This document shows, piece after piece, positions 58,395 through 64,000 of a DNA stretch of 64,000 nt. Location of the stretch: positions 64,001 to 128,000 of IMG/VR virus record IMGVR_UViG_3300025127_006147; one strand, written 5' to 3'. Positions within the stretch are counted from its first letter, which is position 1; every line of letters begins with the position of its first letter. Below the pieces are notes generated by a model. That model was given only the letters and a program-made list of their open reading frames with translations. It made no database searches and was not told the DNA's origin. The DNA is from a virus. Both the position numbers and the translations under genes were made by a program.

Positions 58395-58983
58395 AAAAAA
58401 TTTATTTCATTATAAAAAACAATTTAATAAAACACAGATTATATTGTGTCATACTTCTAGACCTATATCATATTTTAATAATTCTTTAAAATATAGATTA
58501 GGAGGTGAATACAGTAGAATACCAACTTATACCATATCTAAAACTGGTAAAATAATAGAAAACTTTGATTCTAAATATTGTTCAGATTTTTTTGGGGTAG
58601 AAGAAATAGATAAATTTTCTATAACCATATGTTTAGAAAATCTGGGTTGGTTAAAATATAATACTTTAAATAATAAGTACGTCAACTGGATTGGTGATAT
58701 TTATAAAGGAGAAGTGTATCAAAAAAGATGGAGAGATAAGACTTTTTGGTCTAACTACCCTGATAAACAATTAAGAGCATGTGCAAAGTTAATAGTAAAA
58801 ATATGTTCTGAACATGATATACCTCTTGAAATGGTTGGACATAATGTAAAAATTGACGGAGTATTAAGTTTTTCAGGTGTAACAGCTAGAAGTAATTATA
58901 GTGAATACTGGACAGACTTGAGTCCTTCCTTTGATTTTAAAAAATTAAAAACATATATCGATGAAGAAGATGAACTACAATAA
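58372..58983 (+). CDS. N-acetylmuramoyl-L-alanine amidase, probable endolysin
   Basis: IILCHT, YTISKTGKI, SITICLEN, YPDKQL, VGHN, TDLSP; GTG start. Confidence 0.75.
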   Translation: METTITHKKNLFHYKKQFNKTQIILCHTSRPISYFNNSLKYRLGGEYSRIPTYTISKTGKIIENFDSKYCSDFFGVEEIDKFSITICLENLGWLKYNTLNNKYVNWIGDIYKGEVYQKRWRDKTFWSNYPDKQLRACAKLIVKICSEHDIPLEMVGHNVKIDGVLSFSGVTARSNYSEYWTDLSPSFDFKKLKTYIDEEDELQ

Positions 58984-59587
58984 AAAAATAGTAAACGGAA
59001 ATTTCGTAGACCAAAAATACGATGACATGAAAAGCATGTTAGATAGGGTGCGTCTTTTAAATGAACAAGTTGAGGGTGAAGTAGAAACAGCAACTCAGGA
59101 TGAAGATGAACCTAGGGAGAGACCTACAGTTGAAGAAGAATTAACAAAAGAGTATACTGTAAGTGGAGGTAAAATTATAGTACACGGTGCTTCAGAACAA
59201 GACTTAGTATTAACTGATGAAGAACAATCATCATTTCAAGAAACTATGGAACAATTTGCTGAAGAAGTATCTGATATGGCACAATTTCACCCCTTAAACA
59301 TTTACAAAAATAATGTAGAGTGGTCTGGTGACTTATTAAGATTTGATGTAAGGTTTTACTACTCTATAGCTGAGGTAGAAGGAACTTATATTGGGAACGC
59401 AAATATGATTAAAGTAGATAATAAATTTATGGAAGTATTAGGAAAGGTTAAAAATTTTTATAATACTTTCGAATCTAAATGGGCTAAAGTTTTAGCAGAC
59501 AGAAGAACAACAGAAGTAGAAAAAGAAGAAGGTTTGGGTGACGATGAACTTGCAGTCGATGTAGAAATGGATAGTGGAATAGAATAA
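58961..59587 (+). CDS. acidic hypothetical protein, putative head-internal
   Basis: DDMKSMLDRVRLLNEQ N-terminal motif; D/E-rich. Confidence 0.55.
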   Translation: MKKMNYNKKIVNGNFVDQKYDDMKSMLDRVRLLNEQVEGEVETATQDEDEPRERPTVEEELTKEYTVSGGKIIVHGASEQDLVLTDEEQSSFQETMEQFAEEVSDMAQFHPLNIYKNNVEWSGDLLRFDVRFYYSIAEVEGTYIGNANMIKVDNKFMEVLGKVKNFYNTFESKWAKVLADRRTTEVEKEEGLGDDELAVDVEMDSGIE

Positions 59588-59589
59588 TT

Positions 59590-59901
59590 ATGAAAGAATT
59601 TTTTAAAAAAACTTGGAAATATATTTTAGGATTTATAGGATTCTTTGTTGGACTAGTATGGTTTTTAAATTCTAATTCTAATCGTAAAGTTAGAAAAATC
59701 AAAGACCAAATCAAAGATAATGAAGGCGATACTAAAGTAATTAAAAAAGAAATCGAACATACAGTTAAGACTAAAGAACAGATAAAGAAAAATATTAAGT
59801 CTACTGATAAAAAATTAAAAGAGGTTAACAGTAAAAAACCAACAGTTAAACGTAAAACTGGTAAACAAGCTGCGGAAGACCTTAAAAAAAGATTAAAATA
59901 A
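59590..59901 (+). CDS. N-terminal TM plus basic coiled coil; i-spanin-like candidate
   Basis: YILGFIGFFVGLVWFL followed by a Lys-rich helix; near the amidase. Confidence 0.45.
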   Translation: MKEFFKKTWKYILGFIGFFVGLVWFLNSNSNRKVRKIKDQIKDNEGDTKVIKKEIEHTVKTKEQIKKNIKSTDKKLKEVNSKKPTVKRKTGKQAAEDLKKRLK

Positions 59902-60327
59902 ATGAAGGTACATTCTAGAACTTGTGTTAAGTTACTTATAGGGTATCTTGTAATATTAATTTTATTAATTATATCTGGAGGTGAATTAAAAGCTCAAACT
60001 ACTGATACATCTTTTACTTTCAGTGAAGAACAAGTTATAAAATTAGACTCCATTATACAGTCCCAAGAACAAACTATAGAAATACAACGTGAGAAGATAG
60101 TAATATTAGAATCACAATTATATAACTATAAACTATTACATAGACAGGATAGTCTTCACATAAGTCTATTAAATCAAAATGTTAGTCTATTAGATGATAG
60201 AATTAATCTTTACATAGATTTAAATAAAGAGTTAAGACCAAAGTGGTATAACAAACCTATTGTACATTTTTTCCTTGGTGCTGCCACTATAACCACTAGT
60301 GCTGTAGTTCTCAATTTAATTCAGTAA
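59902..60327 (+). CDS. exported coiled-coil protein with C-terminal TM; spanin-like candidate
   Basis: Signal peptide ...ELKA/QTTD, heptads, C-terminal PIVHFFLGAATITTSAVVL. Confidence 0.45.
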   Translation: MKVHSRTCVKLLIGYLVILILLIISGGELKAQTTDTSFTFSEEQVIKLDSIIQSQEQTIEIQREKIVILESQLYNYKLLHRQDSLHISLLNQNVSLLDDRINLYIDLNKELRPKWYNKPIVHFFLGAATITTSAVVLNLIQ

Positions 60328-60370
60328 TAATCCTTAGTTTCAAAGTATTTATATAATATACTTTATATAA

Positions 60371-60628
60371 ATGGCACTTACCAATACAGATAAAAAAGAA
60401 ATAGAAAGAATAGCACGTAAAGAAATCAAAGATTTTCTTAAGACCGCGTCGTTTGAAAAAGACGTTATAGACGTTGTAGATTCCCAACTCAAAAGAAAGA
60501 ATACTAAACTTTCAAAAACACATCGTGCTGAAGTAGTTGACGTAAGCACTAAAGTATTAATAGAACTTTATAAAACATTCTGGTTAAGAAGAAATTTCTG
60601 GGACAGTCAAATTAAAAACGTTAAGTAA
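60371..60628 (+). CDS. hypothetical protein
   Basis: 85 aa, preceded by TATTTAT. Confidence 0.65.
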   Translation: MALTNTDKKEIERIARKEIKDFLKTASFEKDVIDVVDSQLKRKNTKLSKTHRAEVVDVSTKVLIELYKTFWLRRNFWDSQIKNVK

Positions 60629-60630
60629 AT

Positions 60631-61398
60631 ATGAATGCATTAGACCAACATGAAAAAAATATGAAAAGAATGATTAACAATGTTAGTCAAGAACTAGGAC
60701 CTAGAAAGGGAATTGAAGCCGTTAAGTCAAGAGACGAACTTATGAAAGTAGCTGAAATTGGTGAAGAGATTAACAAAGAGGAAGAAATGGATGAAGTGAC
60801 TAGTGCTGGTTCCGCTGGAGCTTTTGTAGCTCCTATGGGTTGGAATAATGATACTGGTATGAGTAAACCTCAAAACGAAGAAGAACTGGATGAGATGACA
60901 GGAAGTGCTTCAGCAGGTGCTTACTCCCAACCAGCTATATGGGCAAAAAATAGAAAAAATTGGAGAGCTGTTAGTGACCCCAACTTCCCTAAGTATGGGG
61001 GACCAGGAGCTAAATATGTTAGAGTAAAAGAAAAATGTAGAAAGTTCCCGTATTGTAATCAAGGAGATATAAACGCTTTAGAATTTTACGAAGATAAAAA
61101 TTTACAAGAAGCAATTAAAGTGGTTTCTAAAAAAACTAATAAGTCAGAAAATTATATAAAAAATATAATTCTACAAGAAATGGAAAGCATGTTTAAAAAA
61201 GACATGAAAAAATACCAGACAGAAAAAATGAAACCTTATAAAAAGAAAAAGAGTAAATACACCAAACAAGAAGTAGAAGAAATGATTAGAAGAGGTTTTT
61301 ACCACTCTCCTATCACATCATTGGTGGGTAACTTTAAAATGAATAAACCTATAGGTCAAATTTATTCTATGAAAGGTAATAAACCTAAGTACGAATAG
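60631..61398 (+). CDS. hypothetical protein, putative head-internal, with duplicated E.T...SAGA motif
   Basis: EMDEVTSAGSAGAF and ELDEMTGSASAGAY; KEKCRKFPYCNQGD. Confidence 0.6.
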   Translation: MNALDQHEKNMKRMINNVSQELGPRKGIEAVKSRDELMKVAEIGEEINKEEEMDEVTSAGSAGAFVAPMGWNNDTGMSKPQNEEELDEMTGSASAGAYSQPAIWAKNRKNWRAVSDPNFPKYGGPGAKYVRVKEKCRKFPYCNQGDINALEFYEDKNLQEAIKVVSKKTNKSENYIKNIILQEMESMFKKDMKKYQTEKMKPYKKKKSKYTKQEVEEMIRRGFYHSPITSLVGNFKMNKPIGQIYSMKGNKPKYE

Positions 61399-61436
61399 GA
61401 CCGAAGATATATTTATATATTATAAAAGAAAAAATT

Positions 61437-62180
61437 ATGTCTAATATTAAAGTAAACAAAAAATTGAAAACTACCATTCAAGATATATTCGAGAGTGAAT
61501 TAAAACCTATGGTTCAAAAAGAAATGTTAAAAAAGAAACTTAAAAAACAAATTAAAGAAGCAAAGGACACCTATAATTTTCCTGGTTATGTTATAACTAA
61601 TCAGGCATTAAAAGATTCTGCTAAACAGAATACTGATGCTATGGATATGGTGTCAGATAAAATTAAAAAATATTTAGACTTTAAAAATAATTCTAATCCA
61701 GAATTTCCACATCAGAATAATTCTAAAACGGACTATCAGTCACCAATGTATAGAAATAGTACAGAAGAAGAAGAATATATTGAAGATTGGAGAGGTATGG
61801 GACTAAATAATATCCAATATCAAAATAAACCTAACAAACAGTTTGAAGACCAGGTAAACGACTATATTGATGGTTCTATTAGAACTGGTAATAATACAGG
61901 TAAAGATAGTAGTGGTCAACAAGTGGGTAACGTAGTACCTTCTAACCTTGGTAAAAATATTAAAAAACAAACTCAAAGAAAATACAAAAAACTTCAAAGT
62001 GATGAATGGGCTGAAGCTATACCAAATAAATACGGTAAGAGAAAAGCAAACGCAAATTATATGGTAGCTGAAGCAATCAATGAATTAACACAGAATGTGT
62101 TAAAAGAAGGTATTAAGAATAAATCACAAAGACAGTTTATTTCTGAAGAGGTAAAAAAAGAATTAAAAAGACGAGGATAA
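61437..62180 (+). CDS. hypothetical protein, putative head-internal
   Basis: 247 aa, several I/L-x-E sites, preceded by TATTTAT. Confidence 0.6.
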   Translation: MSNIKVNKKLKTTIQDIFESELKPMVQKEMLKKKLKKQIKEAKDTYNFPGYVITNQALKDSAKQNTDAMDMVSDKIKKYLDFKNNSNPEFPHQNNSKTDYQSPMYRNSTEEEEYIEDWRGMGLNNIQYQNKPNKQFEDQVNDYIDGSIRTGNNTGKDSSGQQVGNVVPSNLGKNIKKQTQRKYKKLQSDEWAEAIPNKYGKRKANANYMVAEAINELTQNVLKEGIKNKSQRQFISEEVKKELKRRG

Positions 62181-62232
62181 TTTTAAATTATTAATTCTTT
62201 ATTAAGCCTAATGTTTCCATATATTTATTATT

Positions 62233-62700
62233 ATGGAAGATAAAAGAAGATTTTCACCTATAGAATTTTATAGATACGTTAGTGAACCTGTACCTCAGAG
62301 AGACTTGGATATTTGGTTTAAGGCTAATGATATAGTTCAAGAGAAGTCCGAATTATTTTTTTATTTTATAAAGTCATTATACATTTTAGTGGATAAAACT
62401 TATCTTGGTTCAGACGTTATAAAAAATGAAGAAAGTAAAAATCATTTTAACTGGTGTTGGAATAAAGTGATAAATGATTTAGAAAAAGAAAATATTAAAT
62501 TTAGTAAGGATGGGCCACACTTCGACTACTTTTGGAACTTCTTTTTAGAATCTTTTTACACCAATGATAATACATTAGTCATAGACAAAGTGGATAAATT
62601 TTTTTCTACACTATTTGTTATTAATGACCCCAAAACCAAGTCTGAATTAGACATATACACAGAACTTTACAAAACTTTAGATAATAATCTTATCAAATAA
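62233..62700 (+). CDS. hypothetical helical protein
   Basis: 155 aa; TATTTAT ends 4 nt before the ATG. Confidence 0.65.
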   Translation: MEDKRRFSPIEFYRYVSEPVPQRDLDIWFKANDIVQEKSELFFYFIKSLYILVDKTYLGSDVIKNEESKNHFNWCWNKVINDLEKENIKFSKDGPHFDYFWNFFLESFYTNDNTLVIDKVDKFFSTLFVINDPKTKSELDIYTELYKTLDNNLIK

Positions 62701-62702
62701 AG

Positions 62703-62755
62703 TTGACTTCTCAGTATCTTATAGTTAATTTTTTTACATACGTCAAACACGTATG
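62703..62755 (+). promoter_or_regulatory. putative promoter followed by a perfect 7-bp hairpin
   Basis: TTGACT-N17-TAATTT, then CATACGT-CAAAC-ACGTATG (62737-62755). Confidence 0.45.
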
Positions 62756-62785
62756 CAATAATAAAATTTAAATTAATAGAAAAAA

Positions 62786-62962
62786 ATGGAAACATTAACA
62801 CAACTTAAAGAACTAGTAGAAAGTTTATCGGTAGATACTGGTAAGTTTTTTGAAAACACAAATAAAAGTGCAGGAATTAGAGCAAGAAAAACAGCACAAC
62901 AGATTAAGAATTTGTGTCAAGACTTAAGAAAAGAAATTTTGGAAGCAAATAAATCTAACTAA
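62786..62962 (+). CDS. histone H1-like / Hc1-family small DNA-binding protein (58 aa)
   Basis: METLTQLKELVESLSVDTGKFFENTNKSAGIRARKTAQQIKNLCQDLRKEILEANKSN; NKSAG.RARK motif of the Bacteroidota 'histone H1' family; below the ORF-track cutoff. Confidence 0.8.
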   Translation: METLTQLKELVESLSVDTGKFFENTNKSAGIRARKTAQQIKNLCQDLRKEILEANKSN

Positions 62963-62964
62963 AA

Positions 62965-63156
62965 ATGGTGACAATAAAAGGGTTCTTATTTTTACTTTCT
63001 ATATTAATAATGGGTAAATATTTGGCCGTATTTCTTATCAATTTTTTAAGTAATCCACCTAAAAAAATGAAAATGAGATATTACAAAGATATCGCCGTGG
63101 ACGAAATGATAATTTATTTTGTAGTTTCTTATTTTTTCACATATATAATTTTTTAA
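62965..63156 (+). CDS. small membrane protein
   Basis: Two hydrophobic segments, 63 aa, tight operon spacing. Confidence 0.55.
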   Translation: MVTIKGFLFLLSILIMGKYLAVFLINFLSNPPKKMKMRYYKDIAVDEMIIYFVVSYFFTYIIF

Positions 63157-63642
63157 ATGAGTTTATTCGACAGTATACAAAGAATAGGTAAAAGTTTTTA
63201 TGGTATAAGAAAACATGAAAATTATTTTATTTTAGATTTAACGTTTCCAGTCAATTGGAGATATGAAGGTTTATACAATAAGGAAAAAATAGCCGCTAAA
63301 GTAAATAAAAATTCAAATGGCACCTTTGTTATTTCATTTTATTGTATAGACACTAAAGATGAGGTTAGTTTTTTAGAAACTGAGGTTTTAAGAATAATTA
63401 AGGTAAACCAAGACGAAGAAGAAAAACAAAGACTATTGATAGAGAAGAAAGAAGAATTGGAAAAACTTTTTATGTCTAAAAATTTAGAAGAATTGAAAAG
63501 TATTACTTTTAACCATAAAAAAGAAATAGATTTACCAAACATACCAATAACAACATCTAATGGAAAAGATAACAAGGAAGTTGGAGTGGTTACAGAAACA
63601 AGTAAAGAAGGACAACAATCAGATTCAAAACCACAAAAATAA
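63157..63642 (+). CDS. hypothetical protein
   Basis: 161 aa, abuts the upstream stop. Confidence 0.65.
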   Translation: MSLFDSIQRIGKSFYGIRKHENYFILDLTFPVNWRYEGLYNKEKIAAKVNKNSNGTFVISFYCIDTKDEVSFLETEVLRIIKVNQDEEEKQRLLIEKKEELEKLFMSKNLEELKSITFNHKKEIDLPNIPITTSNGKDNKEVGVVTETSKEGQQSDSKPQK

Positions 63643-63991
63643 AACAATACAGAAAATTAAAAAAGAATTACCTGTATTCAACAAAAACGAATTAAATATG
63701 CCACAGTTTAGTGAAAAATATTTAAGAGAAAAAGCGGAAGAAAACAAACCTAAGATAATGGAGGGATATCTAGCATCCCTCCTTAATCTTTCAGAAAATT
63801 TACCTTTTCAAACCCTAGACGCAAACATGACTTTTACTTTACCACCTAATGAATATGTTAAGGTACTTAAAGAAGTTGAAAGAATTAAAATGGGTGGTGA
63901 GATAGAACCAGAATTGATTAATATAGACCCAACCTTTGACGTTCAGGTTGGCAATATATCTATGACATTCGTAATGGAAATTAAAGATTAG
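63560..63991 (+). CDS. hypothetical protein (start uncertain)
   Basis: 143-aa ORF overlapping the upstream gene by 83 nt; an alternative internal ATG (MPQFSE) exists. Confidence 0.55.
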   Translation: MEKITRKLEWLQKQVKKDNNQIQNHKNKTIQKIKKELPVFNKNELNMPQFSEKYLREKAEENKPKIMEGYLASLLNLSENLPFQTLDANMTFTLPPNEYVKVLKEVERIKMGGEIEPELINIDPTFDVQVGNISMTFVMEIKD

Positions 63992-64000
63992 TAGGTATAA

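Noticed and set aside
62151-62201. A-run at the end of the 247-aa gene plus an 11-bp inverted repeat (AAAAGAATTAA/TTAATTCTTTT) as a programmed frameshift or inversion site
   Set aside because: The shifted frame adds only about 11 residues, inversion of the interior gives an immediate stop, and AT-only repeats of this size can occur by chance.
1092-63647. Numerous antisense or out-of-frame ORFs in the track (e.g. 1092-1475, 28935-29363, 30723-31265, 50270-50926, 54900-55228, 63339-63647)
   Set aside because: Fully nested opposite well-supported genes, low-complexity mirror translations, no leaders or motifs.
1-64000. Stop-codon reassignment as seen in some jumbo phages
   Set aside because: Code 11 gives intact ORFs up to 3043 aa with near-complete coverage, and TAG/TGA stops fall at natural ends (e.g. 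nrdA CEG-TAG).
1-64000. tRNA, tmRNA or other structured ncRNA genes
   Set aside because: Intergenic gaps are about 110 nt or less and AT-rich with no cloverleaf or T-loop signature; a tRNAscan/Infernal run would be needed to exclude them formally.

Overview
AT-rich (~30% GC by eye), densely coding segment of a large myovirus-type (T4-like/jumbo) bacteriophage genome in standard code 11; no tRNA, CRISPR array, intron or intein seen. Layout: tail end of an amidase-domain protein and two small genes (1-1716); replication/recombination/nucleotide block (gp32-like SSB, RecA/UvsX, FKBP PPIase, 5'-3' exonuclease, DnaB-like helicase, nrdB, nrdA, DUF5522-like, Smr; 1828-10276); a ~36 kb baseplate/tail operon with very large Cys-, Thr- and Gly-rich proteins up to 3043 aa (10310-46098); RuvC-like resolvase, primase, PD-(D/E)XK nuclease, SbcD/SbcC (46099-52379); then an accessory region with a short minus-strand operon, a host-like sigma70 factor, a putative lysis cluster, acidic putative head-internal proteins and a histone H1/Hc1-like gene. 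Several signals point to a Bacteroidota host: two TTTG-N19/20-TAnnTTTG promoters, A-rich leaders without Shine-Dalgarno sequences, the ISYAVWW sigma motif and a signal peptide cleaved before Gln. Highlights missing from the ORF track are a 20-codon, 9-cysteine metallothionein-like gene (53418-53480, minus) between a large gene and its terminator, and a 58-aa H1-like gene (62786-62962). Other notable points: a sigma54-type promoter with a TGACA palindrome before the phage sigma factor, a recurrent TATTTAT start-proximal motif, and duplicated or split modules among the tail proteins. All family assignments come from motif recognition by eye and need HMM or structure searches to confirm.
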